64,000 nt of DNA from an uncultured bacterium (lineage in GTDB: Bacteria > Zixibacteria > MSB-5A5 > UBA10806), in the NCBI GenBank assembly GCA_965541585.1, contig CBEUCH010000005.1, positions 96,001 through 160,000 of the forward strand, written 5' to 3'. Of this stretch, positions 48,218-57,168 are shown one piece after another. The position numbers were made by a program, and so were the translations under genes. A model generated the notes under the pieces. That model was not told where the DNA came from. It saw only the letters and a list, made by a program, of their open reading frames with translations, and searched no databases. Every line of letters starts with the position of its first letter. Position 1 is the stretch's first letter.

Positions 48218-49288
48218 TTATCTGTCGGTCAGTGATTCAACAGTTTTTGAATCGAGCTTCTTTATGACTTCGACTATCAGTTTTACAAGGTTTTCGAAAT
48301 CTCCTTTATGTATGATACCCGTATGGCTATGTATATATCGGGTGGCGATTCCCATATATATGCAGGGCACGCCTCCCCGGCTGATATGGATTCTGCCGCC
48401 ATCGGTGCCGCCCCTGTCGAGGGCCGCAAGATGGAACGCTATATTATTTTCGGTTGCAGTGTCTATTACAAGATCGCGAAGCTTTCTATTAGGTATCATG
48501 GAGCCGTCGTAAACAGTAATGGACGGCCCCGAACCGAGCTTGGCGGAGGAGCCTTTGGGGGCGTCCGGTCCATCGGCGGCCAGTGATACGTCGGCCACAA
48601 ACGCAACGTCGGGATCGACCACGTGGGCAGCGGTATTGGCGCCGCGCAGGTCCACTTCTTCCTGCACCGTGCCGACTCCGAAAACCGTATTGGGATGCTT
48701 AACCCCGGCCAGTTCATTGATCACGGCCACGGCCGCGGCGGCTCCGATTCTATCGTCGAAAGCCTTGTTCATATATAGATCCGGATTGCCCATCACCCGG
48801 AATCTGGAATCAGGGACGATCGGATCTCCCGCCCTGACTCCCAGAGACTGAACGTCGAAACCGTCACAGGCTCCGACATCGATGAACATTTCCTTGATCT
48901 CCTGCACCTTTTTCCTCTCGTCTTCCTTGAGAATATGCGGCGGCTTCGAGCCTATTATACCGGGAATATCGCCTTTCGACGTTTTGACAATCACCCTTTG
49001 CGAAAGAGCCACGTGGCCCCACCATCCCCCGAGCGGCAGGAATTTGATATAACCATCCGGCGTAACCTCTTTGACAATGAACCCGATTTCGTCGATATGT
49101 CCGGCAATCATCACCCGGGGTCTCTCCGATGATCCTTTCTTTTTTGCGATCAGACTCCCCAGCTTATCATAGGCGATCTCATCGGCCTGTTTAAGATGGC
49201 TTTTCATTACGGCTACGGCGTCCTCCTCGAATCCCGGTATGCCGTGCGCATCGGTAAGCTCCCGAAGCAATTTCTCATATTTACTCAA
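48218..49288 (-). CDS. M42-family aminopeptidase
   Basis: GHIDEIG, KAFDDRIG, VQEEV, GGTDGG, RYIHS. Confidence 0.93.
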   Translation of the reverse strand: MSKYEKLLRELTDAHGIPGFEEDAVAVMKSHLKQADEIAYDKLGSLIAKKKGSSERPRVMIAGHIDEIGFIVKEVTPDGYIKFLPLGGWWGHVALSQRVIVKTSKGDIPGIIGSKPPHILKEDERKKVQEIKEMFIDVGACDGFDVQSLGVRAGDPIVPDSRFRVMGNPDLYMNKAFDDRIGAAAAVAVINELAGVKHPNTVFGVGTVQEEVDLRGANTAAHVVDPDVAFVADVSLAADGPDAPKGSSAKLGSGPSITVYDGSMIPNRKLRDLVIDTATENNIAFHLAALDRGGTDGGRIHISRGGVPCIYMGIATRYIHSHTGIIHKGDFENLVKLIVEVIKKLDSKTVESLTDR

Positions 49289-49300
49289 AATTCCTCCCTT

Positions 49301-50029
49301 TTATTCCAGGATGATTTTCCCGAGCTCATCAAGACCATGAACCGTCCGGTAAGGTTCCGCGGGATCGCTGTAATCCCGCCTCTCGTCGAACTTCAAAATC
49401 GCTTTCATCCCCACCGCTTGCGGTCCGGCGACATCTTCTAATAAACGGTCGCCGACGAAAACCGTTCTTTCCGATTGCGATTTCGCCAGTGACAACGCCT
49501 TAAGATAAATCTCTTTATTGGGCTTGCGGATCATAACCTCGGATGAGAAGATGGTGAAATCGAAATAATGCAATATGCCGAATCTTCGCATCTCGTCGCG
49601 ATGAAATTTCGCCGGAAATATAGAGTTTGAAATAAGGCCGATTTTCAGACCGGCATCTTTCAATTTCGACAGAAGCTCGACGGCTCCTGGAACAAGGATA
49701 ATCTGATCGGTTGTCGGTTCGTAGTAGGAATCGACGAATTTCGCGGGAAGCCCGTCGCTAATTTCAACGCCGAGATCCGAAAGAACAACGGAAATGATCT
49801 CATACAGGTCGATTTCGGCCAGGTCCTCGCTGTGCGCCTGAATCGCATCATCCAATACTTGAAGCAGATGCGACCGGATTCTCTCGGCCGGAATCTCCGC
49901 ACCGGAAAGCTCTTTCAGAACAGGCGCGGCATTCCGACATCCCAGAAGCGCCAATTCCTTCCAGGAATGCTTATTTTCATAGATGATGAGCGTTCCGCCA
50001 AGATCAAACAAAGCGGCATCGAATTTCAA
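49301..50029 (-). CDS. HAD-superfamily hydrolase
   Basis: FDLGGTL, ISN, RKP, VGDR..EDV. Confidence 0.9.
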   Translation of the reverse strand: MKFDAALFDLGGTLIIYENKHSWKELALLGCRNAAPVLKELSGAEIPAERIRSHLLQVLDDAIQAHSEDLAEIDLYEIISVVLSDLGVEISDGLPAKFVDSYYEPTTDQIILVPGAVELLSKLKDAGLKIGLISNSIFPAKFHRDEMRRFGILHYFDFTIFSSEVMIRKPNKEIYLKALSLAKSQSERTVFVGDRLLEDVAGPQAVGMKAILKFDERRDYSDPAEPYRTVHGLDELGKIILE

Positions 50030-51087
50030 ACCTCTTTTCCTTTCTCGAAATCCTCCAGGGCGATCCGGGCAATTCGGTTTAGAAGCTCCGGAAAATCTAT
50101 ACCGGCGGCTTTTGCTGCCTTCGGCACGAGCGAGGTTTGAGTCATGCCCGGAAGGGTGTTTGCCTCCAGAAAATAAAATTCACCCTCGGAGGACATTCTG
50201 AAATCTATCCGGGCGTAACCTCTGCATCCAAGCGCCTTAAAAGCAGACATTCCCAGTTTCTGAATATTCTTCGTTTCCTCCTCCGTAATGGGCGCTGGCA
50301 CAATCTTATCGGTCAAACCGGGGGTGTATTTGTGATGGTAATCGTAAAAACCATCTTTGGGTTTGACCTCGGCCACCGGCAAGATCTCGTTGCCCAGTAT
50401 GCTGACGGTCAGCTCTCGTCCCGGAATGAATCTTTCAAATAAAACCTTGTTGGAATATTCGGCTGCCAGACGAGCTTTTTCAAAAAGCTGATCGGGCGAT
50501 TGAACAATATCCAATCCGACCGATGAGCCCTGGTCATTAGGCTTGACTACAACGGGAAAACCAACGCTTTCCTTGACCGCCCTGATAAGTTCGTCTTCGT
50601 CGGTCAGGCTTTCTGAATCTCTTACCATCCAATCCGGGGTCTGGATTCCGGATGCAGAGGCTACCTTCTTGGCGGCCTGCTTATCCATGGAAATTGCGGA
50701 TGCCGCAACGCCGGAGCCGGTGTAGGGTATCTTCAAGAGGTCCAGGAGAGCCTGGATAGTACCATTCTCGCCCACACCACCGTGGAGTGCGATAAAAACC
50801 AGATTCACCCGTCGCAGATCCGGAGAACTGACTGTTTGAATAGTGGTTTCGCCTTTGTAGGTTGAGAGCACTTTCGAATCGGGCGGCTTCTCTTTTATCA
50901 GCGGAGTTTTTTTAGCCTCCGGACCCGAAAGCTGCCCTGCGCCCAGGGCGGTATCGACTCCTATCGCCTCATGACCAGCTTCACGAAGCCCGGCTATGAC
51001 GCCTGCGCCGGTCGCCAGTGATACGTCCCGTTCGGCCGACTCGCCCCCCATCAGGACCGCTATTCTCAGCTTTTTCTTTTCCGCCAT
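50026..51087 (-). CDS. ddl: D-alanine--D-alanine ligase
   Basis: GGESAER, ALHGGVGENG, KPNDQGSSVG, EANTLPGMT. Confidence 0.95.
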   Translation of the reverse strand: MAEKKKLRIAVLMGGESAERDVSLATGAGVIAGLREAGHEAIGVDTALGAGQLSGPEAKKTPLIKEKPPDSKVLSTYKGETTIQTVSSPDLRRVNLVFIALHGGVGENGTIQALLDLLKIPYTGSGVAASAISMDKQAAKKVASASGIQTPDWMVRDSESLTDEDELIRAVKESVGFPVVVKPNDQGSSVGLDIVQSPDQLFEKARLAAEYSNKVLFERFIPGRELTVSILGNEILPVAEVKPKDGFYDYHHKYTPGLTDKIVPAPITEEETKNIQKLGMSAFKALGCRGYARIDFRMSSEGEFYFLEANTLPGMTQTSLVPKAAKAAGIDFPELLNRIARIALEDFEKGKEV

Positions 51088-51674
51088 ACCCTCGATACTA
51101 CCAGTGCCAGGATTACTGCTGCCCCTGAGATAAAAAGAAGGTAAGTATATTTTCTTACGATGTCCATGATCATCTCCCAGTTCGATTTACTGGCGATCAT
51201 AAGCCCCAGTAGAATTCCATTCCAGAGGAGAAAACTGATAAGCGATAATCCCACCATCCGGGATGGTCTGACATCGCCTATACCCGCTGCGATTGCAACC
51301 GCCGATCTCACCCCGGCCAGAAACCTTGAAACGATAAGTAACGAATTCCCGTATCTTTGGAATAGCGCTTCTACCCTCTCTAAAGCGGCCTTTCCAATAT
51401 ATTTGCTGTTTCTCCTTTCAAAAAATCTTCGCCCCTTCGACCTTCCCAGATAATATAATACCAGCATGCCCAGAAGACCGCCGGATGTTGTAGAGACCAG
51501 AACCCCGATATAGCCGATATTCCCCTCGCCTGCAACGAACGCCCCCGCCAGAGTCACCATGTCTCCGGGGAATGGTGGAAACAGGTTTTCTATAAAAGCG
51601 CTCATCAACAGTATGCCATAAATGACAAACCCATTCTGAAACCGAATAAACTCTAAAACCTGATCGAAACTCAT
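51066..51674 (-). CDS. dedA: DedA-family membrane protein
   Basis: ENLFPPFPGD and RFLAGVR. Confidence 0.9.
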   Translation of the reverse strand: MSFDQVLEFIRFQNGFVIYGILLMSAFIENLFPPFPGDMVTLAGAFVAGEGNIGYIGVLVSTTSGGLLGMLVLYYLGRSKGRRFFERRNSKYIGKAALERVEALFQRYGNSLLIVSRFLAGVRSAVAIAAGIGDVRPSRMVGLSLISFLLWNGILLGLMIASKSNWEMIMDIVRKYTYLLFISGAAVILALVVSRVWRKRKS

Positions 51675-52150
51675 GTATACAACAGGACAACCGAAAAGGC
51701 GGCTATCCCTTCTCCCTTTCCGATAGCGCCGATTTTTTCATTAGTAGTCGCCTTGAGTGAAACATCACCCAATGAAATTCCGACTGCCTCCGTCACTCTG
51801 CGTTTCATTTCCGTGACGTATGGTGCCAGCCTGGGACTCTCAGCGATTATCGTAACATCAATATTGCCCACGGCGAAACCCTTTTCTTCAACCATGGCTC
51901 TGGTTTTTTTCAAAAGCTCGATTGAGTCAGCATCCTTGTAGGCGGGGTCATCATCAGGGAAATGTGATCCTATATCACCCAGAGACGCGGCCCCCAGAAG
52001 TGCATCGATAATTGCATGAGACACTACATCGGCATCGGAGTGCCCGTCGAGGCCGAGATCGAAAGGTATCTCGATTCCACCCAGGACGAGCCTTCGTCCG
52101 GCCACCAGCCTGTGAATATCGTAACCGAGTCCTATTCTGAATTTGCTCAA
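51671..52150 (-). CDS. ispF: 2-C-methyl-D-erythritol 2,4-cyclodiphosphate synthase
   Basis: GYDIH, GHSDADV..H, KATTNE. Confidence 0.97.
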   Translation of the reverse strand: MSKFRIGLGYDIHRLVAGRRLVLGGIEIPFDLGLDGHSDADVVSHAIIDALLGAASLGDIGSHFPDDDPAYKDADSIELLKKTRAMVEEKGFAVGNIDVTIIAESPRLAPYVTEMKRRVTEAVGISLGDVSLKATTNEKIGAIGKGEGIAAFSVVLLYT

Positions 52151-52842
52151 GCAGAACCTTTCAACAACTCCGCAGCCAGGATTAAATCGCCGGGCGTGGT
52201 AATTTTTATATTGTTATAGCTGCCATGGATTACCGATACACGACCGCAATACTGTTCATAAAGCTCCGAGTCATCGGTGGCCTCATTTCCGGCGGCCTCG
52301 GCCCGCTTGTGAGCATCAAGAATCTTTTCGAACCTGAAGACCTGTGGCGTTTGCGCGATCCATATTGTATCTCGCATCAGAGTCCTCACGACGGATTCAC
52401 CCTCGACCAGTTTGACGCTCTCCGTGGAGGGCACCGCCAGTATTGCTCCGTCTGTTTGGTCTGCTTTTTCCATCGTCTTACTTAGAAGATCCATAGTTAA
52501 AAGCGGGCGGACGGCATCATGGATAACCACCAGATCCACCCCCGGCTGGCAGGCAGAAAGTCCGGCCAGCACAGATTCCTGTCGATTCTCGCCGCCGGTG
52601 GTGAGTTTGTTGATTTTTTTTAACCTGTACCTGTCCATAATCTCCTGCGAGGCATATACAAGATAATCCTCAGCTACCACAAGCACTACCTCGTCGATCA
52701 GGCTACAGCGCTCGAAGAGTTCAAGACTATACACCACTATTGGCTTCCCCAGGAGATCTGCAAATTGTTTGGAGAGTTCTCCTCCGAAACGGCTGCCACC
52801 ACCCGCTGCAACTACCAGGGCTGTATTTCGACGAGTCTTCAT
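52147..52842 (-). CDS. ispD: 2-C-methyl-D-erythritol 4-phosphate cytidylyltransferase
   Basis: AAGGGSRF..KQF, HDAVRP, QTPQ, NIKITT. Confidence 0.95.
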   Translation of the reverse strand: MKTRRNTALVVAAGGGSRFGGELSKQFADLLGKPIVVYSLELFERCSLIDEVVLVVAEDYLVYASQEIMDRYRLKKINKLTTGGENRQESVLAGLSACQPGVDLVVIHDAVRPLLTMDLLSKTMEKADQTDGAILAVPSTESVKLVEGESVVRTLMRDTIWIAQTPQVFRFEKILDAHKRAEAAGNEATDDSELYEQYCGRVSVIHGSYNNIKITTPGDLILAAELLKGSA

Positions 52843-53879
52843 AGTATCAACATGGCATCGCCATAGCTATAGAAACGATAGCCGGCAGTGATCGCTTCCC
52901 TGTAAGCGGCCAATACCTGCTCTCTTCCTGCCAGGGCGGATACCAGAAGCAACAGGGTCGATTTGGGAAGATGAAAATTGGTCAAGAGGCCGTCAATGAC
53001 TCTAAATTCATAGGGCGGTTTTATGAAAAGATCCGTTTTACGCCAATCGCAGGCGTTGATTCTGCCATTTGAACCGCACGACGATTCAAGCGCCCGGGCA
53101 GTTGTGGTGCCGACGGCAATCACCCGCCGGCCCTCCTCTCTGGCCAGATTTATCATCCGGGCGGTTTGGGCAGGGATTGTGTATTTCTCCGGATGCATCC
53201 TGTGCTGGCTGATATCCGTTTTTGTAATCGGCCTGAAAGTTCCCAGCCCCGGATGCAATGTCAACCTGGCGGTTTCTGCGCCTCTTGATTTGATTCCATC
53301 GAATACCGCTTTCGTAAAATGAAATCCTGCCGTTGGCGCTGCAACGGCGCCCACCTCTTCCGCATATATTGTCTGATAGCGAGCCTTATCCTCCTCCTCC
53401 GCGGAGCGGTCTATATATGGCGGTAAAGGAACCTCGCCGCACTCCCAGATTATGGACATCAGATCGCCGTTAGTTTGGAAATAAACTATTCGTCCACCGC
53501 TCTTTGTTCTCTCTCCGAGCGTGGCCGAAAGCCTGTCTTCAAAAAAGACTACTTCGGTTCCGGGCGGAAGACGTCTGCCTGGCCGAACCAGCGCCTCCCA
53601 TGAGCCGTCATCGAAATTCTCCAGCAGGAAAATTTCCACCTTGCCTCCGGATTTTCTTTTCCTTCCATACAGGCGGGCCGGGAATACCCTGGAATTGTTC
53701 AATATCAGAAGATCGCCCGGACGAAGATATTCGGCGAAATCGGTAAATTTCCTATGCTCCGGTTTTTCATCACTTTTTGACAGAAATAAAAGCCTGGAGC
53801 TGTCCCTCGGTTCTGCCGGATAAAGCGCAATCATCCCCTCCGGAAGGTCGTAATCGTATAGGCTGATATCGAGTGTCAT
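52839..53879 (-). CDS. queA: S-adenosylmethionine:tRNA ribosyltransferase-isomerase
   Basis: PLPPYI, AVAAPTAG, TNFHLPKSTL, YSYGDAM. Confidence 0.97.
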   Translation of the reverse strand: MTLDISLYDYDLPEGMIALYPAEPRDSSRLLFLSKSDEKPEHRKFTDFAEYLRPGDLLILNNSRVFPARLYGRKRKSGGKVEIFLLENFDDGSWEALVRPGRRLPPGTEVVFFEDRLSATLGERTKSGGRIVYFQTNGDLMSIIWECGEVPLPPYIDRSAEEEDKARYQTIYAEEVGAVAAPTAGFHFTKAVFDGIKSRGAETARLTLHPGLGTFRPITKTDISQHRMHPEKYTIPAQTARMINLAREEGRRVIAVGTTTARALESSCGSNGRINACDWRKTDLFIKPPYEFRVIDGLLTNFHLPKSTLLLLVSALAGREQVLAAYREAITAGYRFYSYGDAMLIL

Positions 53880-54103
53880 TTTTTTAAATGGCCGAGCGAG
53901 TAAAAAACGATCGAAAGAACGATGCTGATAAGAATCGATGTGGCGATGGGGAAATAAAATGTAACGTTTTTTCTTTTCACTACAATATCGCCCGGAAGCC
54001 TGCCAAGCAATGGAATCTTATCGGAGACAAGCAGAATAAAACCCAGAATAACGAATGCGGCTCCGGCTATTACCAGCAATTTGCCGAGATAATTCAGATT
54101 CAC
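53876..54103 (-). CDS. DUF2905-family small membrane protein
   Basis: GRLPGDI...FYFPIATSILIS, located between ruvB and queA. Confidence 0.88.
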   Translation of the reverse strand: MNLNYLGKLLVIAGAAFVILGFILLVSDKIPLLGRLPGDIVVKRKNVTFYFPIATSILISIVLSIVFYSLGHLKK

Positions 54104-55122
54104 AGCAGATCCTTCTGCATGCCGCCTTTTTTCTTCAGGTTTAGATGAGTGAACGCTGCATCACCCACCACGCGGCCGTTTCTCGTTCGCTTGACGAAGC
54201 CGATCTTCAATAGATAAGGTTCCACCATCTCCTCCAGTGTTCCCGACTCCTCGTTCAATGCCGCCGCGATCGACTCGATACCCACAGGTCCGCCATTGTA
54301 GTAATCGACGATGGTGGTGATAAGCCGCCTGTCGAGATCGTCCAGCCCGGCGGAGTCGATTCCCTCCATTTCAAAAGACTTATTGACCGAAGGCAGGTCG
54401 ATTTGTGCAATGCCATTCACCTGACAGTAGTCGCGAACTCTGCGAAGCAGCCGGTTGGCTACGCGAGGCGTGCCCCGGCTCCGGCCGGCGACCTCAACGG
54501 CCGCCTCATCCACTATTTTTATATCCAGAATGCCGGCGGTGCGTTTCACAATTTCGGCCAGTTCGGCTGGTGGATAGAAACCAAGATGGTGGACGATTCC
54601 GAATCTATCGCGAAGAGGCGAGGAAATCAACCCCGCCCTGGTAGTTGCGCCAACTAAAGTGAACTTCTTCAATGGAACGTTGATGACCCGTGCGAACGCC
54701 CCCTTGTCAACAACGAAATCGACTTTGAAATCCTCCATGGCCGGATAGATAAACTCCTCCACCGACGGCGCCAGCCTGTGGATCTCGTCTATGAGCAGAA
54801 CATCGCCTTGCTCCAGATTGGTCAATATGCCCATAAGGTCGCCGGTCCGTTGCAGAGTCGGCCCCGATGATACGATCAACCTGGTTCCCATCTCCTCGGC
54901 CAGGATATGGGCCAGAGTAGTCTTGCCGAGGCCGGGAGGACCATATATCAGCATATGTTCGTGCGGCTCGGCGCGCTCGAGGGCCGCCTGCAGAGAAACG
55001 ATTAGCTTCTCAACCAGCTTCTTTTGCCCGATATACTCCGCCAGACGCCTGGGTCGCAATCCGGCAATATACTTTTCTTCTTCCTCGGAGTATCGTCCCG
55101 GGGTCACGATTCTCTCTCTCAT
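54100..55122 (-). CDS. ruvB: Holliday junction helicase RuvB
   Basis: LRP...YIGQ, GPPGLGKTT, DEIHR, RGTPR; start reassigned to ATG 55122. Confidence 0.97.
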   Translation of the reverse strand: MRERIVTPGRYSEEEEKYIAGLRPRRLAEYIGQKKLVEKLIVSLQAALERAEPHEHMLIYGPPGLGKTTLAHILAEEMGTRLIVSSGPTLQRTGDLMGILTNLEQGDVLLIDEIHRLAPSVEEFIYPAMEDFKVDFVVDKGAFARVINVPLKKFTLVGATTRAGLISSPLRDRFGIVHHLGFYPPAELAEIVKRTAGILDIKIVDEAAVEVAGRSRGTPRVANRLLRRVRDYCQVNGIAQIDLPSVNKSFEMEGIDSAGLDDLDRRLITTIVDYYNGGPVGIESIAAALNEESGTLEEMVEPYLLKIGFVKRTRNGRVVGDAAFTHLNLKKKGGMQKDLL

Positions 55123-55126
55123 CTGA

Positions 55127-55756
55127 CTATCCCGGAGCGGTCTGATTAAATATCTGCTGCAAGAGGTCCTCGGACGATTTAAAACGTTTGCCGGTGGACA
55201 GCGCGCGCTCAAGCATCGCCTGAGCTTCCGATTTCTTGTATTGAAGCTGGAGCAGGATCGCCATCACCTCTTCCGCATGGTCGGGTTTGGTTTCCGGCCT
55301 GGCCAGCGGTTTGCTTTCCTTTGCCAGTGCGAATCGAGCCGTTTTTCCTTTCAATTCGGCGATAATTTTCTCGGCCAGCCTGGGGCCGACACCGGGGAGC
55401 CTTTTCAAGGCCGAGACCTCCTCGGTCTCGATGGCCCTGGCAATCTCATTTATCGGTATCGTTAACGACTTTAGAGCTTTCTTGATCCCCAGCCCGGAGA
55501 CAGAGGTGTATAGGCTGAAAAATTCTTTGTCGATGGCCTCCGCAAATCCCACCAGGCGAGGATATTGATTTCCCACCTGCCCCCCCTCGATATAATCGAG
55601 AGTGTAAAATTCTATCTCAGATCCTTTAGCACCATTTCTTTTCAGGGAGTCAACAAGCGCGGACGGAAGCATGATTTCATAGAATAAGCCACCCACATCA
55701 ACCGACGCCGAAGAGTCTCCGACCTTATCGAGCATCCCTCGAATCTTCGCTATCAT
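55127..55756 (-). CDS. ruvA: Holliday junction binding protein RuvA
   Basis: MIAKIRG, HhH motifs VSGLGIK and PGVGPRLA. Confidence 0.95.
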   Translation of the reverse strand: MIAKIRGMLDKVGDSSASVDVGGLFYEIMLPSALVDSLKRNGAKGSEIEFYTLDYIEGGQVGNQYPRLVGFAEAIDKEFFSLYTSVSGLGIKKALKSLTIPINEIARAIETEEVSALKRLPGVGPRLAEKIIAELKGKTARFALAKESKPLARPETKPDHAEEVMAILLQLQYKKSEAQAMLERALSTGKRFKSSEDLLQQIFNQTAPG

Positions 55757-56232
55757 CTCGAAGCCTCGATATGGCACAGCGCGGTGGCGATGGCGTCCGC
55801 AACGTCCGGCGGCTTCGGAATTGAATTTAAGCGTAAGACGCTTCTGACCGATCTTTGCATCTGCAGCTTTGACGCCCTTCCACTTCCGGTAAGCGATTTC
55901 TTAATACGAGTGGCGGCATAACTCTCTACCGGTATCCGATGATTGGCGGCACATAAGAATATCATGCCTCTGGCATGGCCCATATTTACGGCCGTCTGGG
56001 GATGTTTATAATGCGAGTACAGCTTTTCGACAGCCACGGCGTTCGGCTTGAATTCAGAGATTATCTCTTCAAGGCCGTCATAGATGGTCTTGAGCCGCAT
56101 TTCGAAAGTGTCTTCGCTCTTAGTCTTCAAAACACCGGCTTCCCTGACCTCGGGACCGTTGCCGTCCAGAGATACAATCGCATAACCTGTAACTCGCAAT
56201 CCGGGATCTATACCGAGAACGGTCAGGGCCAT
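55753..56232 (-). CDS. ruvC: Holliday junction resolvase RuvC
   Basis: LGIDPG, AVE, G.GRASK, DVADA. Confidence 0.96.
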   Translation of the reverse strand: MALTVLGIDPGLRVTGYAIVSLDGNGPEVREAGVLKTKSEDTFEMRLKTIYDGLEEIISEFKPNAVAVEKLYSHYKHPQTAVNMGHARGMIFLCAANHRIPVESYAATRIKKSLTGSGRASKLQMQRSVRSVLRLNSIPKPPDVADAIATALCHIEASR

Positions 56233-56985
56233 CTAACCCTCTGAGAATTTTTCCATTACGGAATCATCAATATCGAAATTAGCGTAGACATGGACCACGT
56301 CGTCGTGGTCCTCGAGGGACTCATAGAGCCTCAGCATCTGTTCGGCCTGCTTGCCATCGAGTTTGATGGTGTTCTGCGGGATCATTGCCGGTTCTACCGA
56401 TGCGATCTCGATATTGCGGTTTTCAAGCTCCGACCGCACTGATTCGAGATCGGAGAAATCAGTGTAAATTTCGTATAAATCATTGGACGATTGCACATCA
56501 ATAGCGCCGGCGTCGAGAGCTTTCTCCATCAATTCGTCTTCGTCGATCCTGTTTTTATCAACCGTAATATATCCCTTACGATTAAACATCCACCCAACGC
56601 AGCCAACCTCCCCCAGAGAGCCATTATGTTTCGTGAGGATATGGCGAACCTCCGCCACTGTCCGTTTTTTATTATCTGTAAGGACTTCAACCAGAATGGC
56701 TACTCCACCCGGGCCGTACCCCTCATAAGAAAATTCCTCATAGCGGACACCCTCGAGCTCACCGGTCCCTTTTAGAATCGCCCTCTTAATGTTATCAGCC
56801 GGCATATTGCCCGCCCTGGCGGCGGCCACGGCGGTTCTAAGCTTGGGATTGGCCTCAAGATCACCGCCTCCTTCCCGGGCAGCCACCGTAATTTCACGGA
56901 TCAACTTGGTGAAGATCCTACCCCGTTCTGCATCCGCCTTGCCTTTTTTCCTCTTTATAGTTGACCATTTGGAATGGCCGGACAT
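56233..56985 (-). CDS. yebC: YebC/PmpR-family protein
   Basis: [21 protein letters not shown]. Confidence 0.96.
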   Translation of the reverse strand: MSGHSKWSTIKRKKGKADAERGRIFTKLIREITVAAREGGGDLEANPKLRTAVAAARAGNMPADNIKRAILKGTGELEGVRYEEFSYEGYGPGGVAILVEVLTDNKKRTVAEVRHILTKHNGSLGEVGCVGWMFNRKGYITVDKNRIDEDELMEKALDAGAIDVQSSNDLYEIYTDFSDLESVRSELENRNIEIASVEPAMIPQNTIKLDGKQAEQMLRLYESLEDHDDVVHVYANFDIDDSVMEKFSEG

Positions 56986-57115
56986 AACTCCTCCTGTCAC
57001 TTATTACAAAAATGCCTCAACCAATTATACTAACACAACAACTATGTTATTGCAATATGTTTCTAATCGATAGAATCATAGTCTATTGCAGAAACTGGGG
57101 CGCAAAAACATAATA

Positions 57116-57147
57116 TAAAAAAGGGCCCCCGCTTCCACGGGGACCCT
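57116..57147 (-). terminator. Rho-independent terminator after EF-G gene
   Basis: AGGGTCCCCG/CGGGGGCCCT stem followed by a T-run. Confidence 0.8.
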
Positions 57148-57168
57148 GAAAAAGACGGATTTGCAATT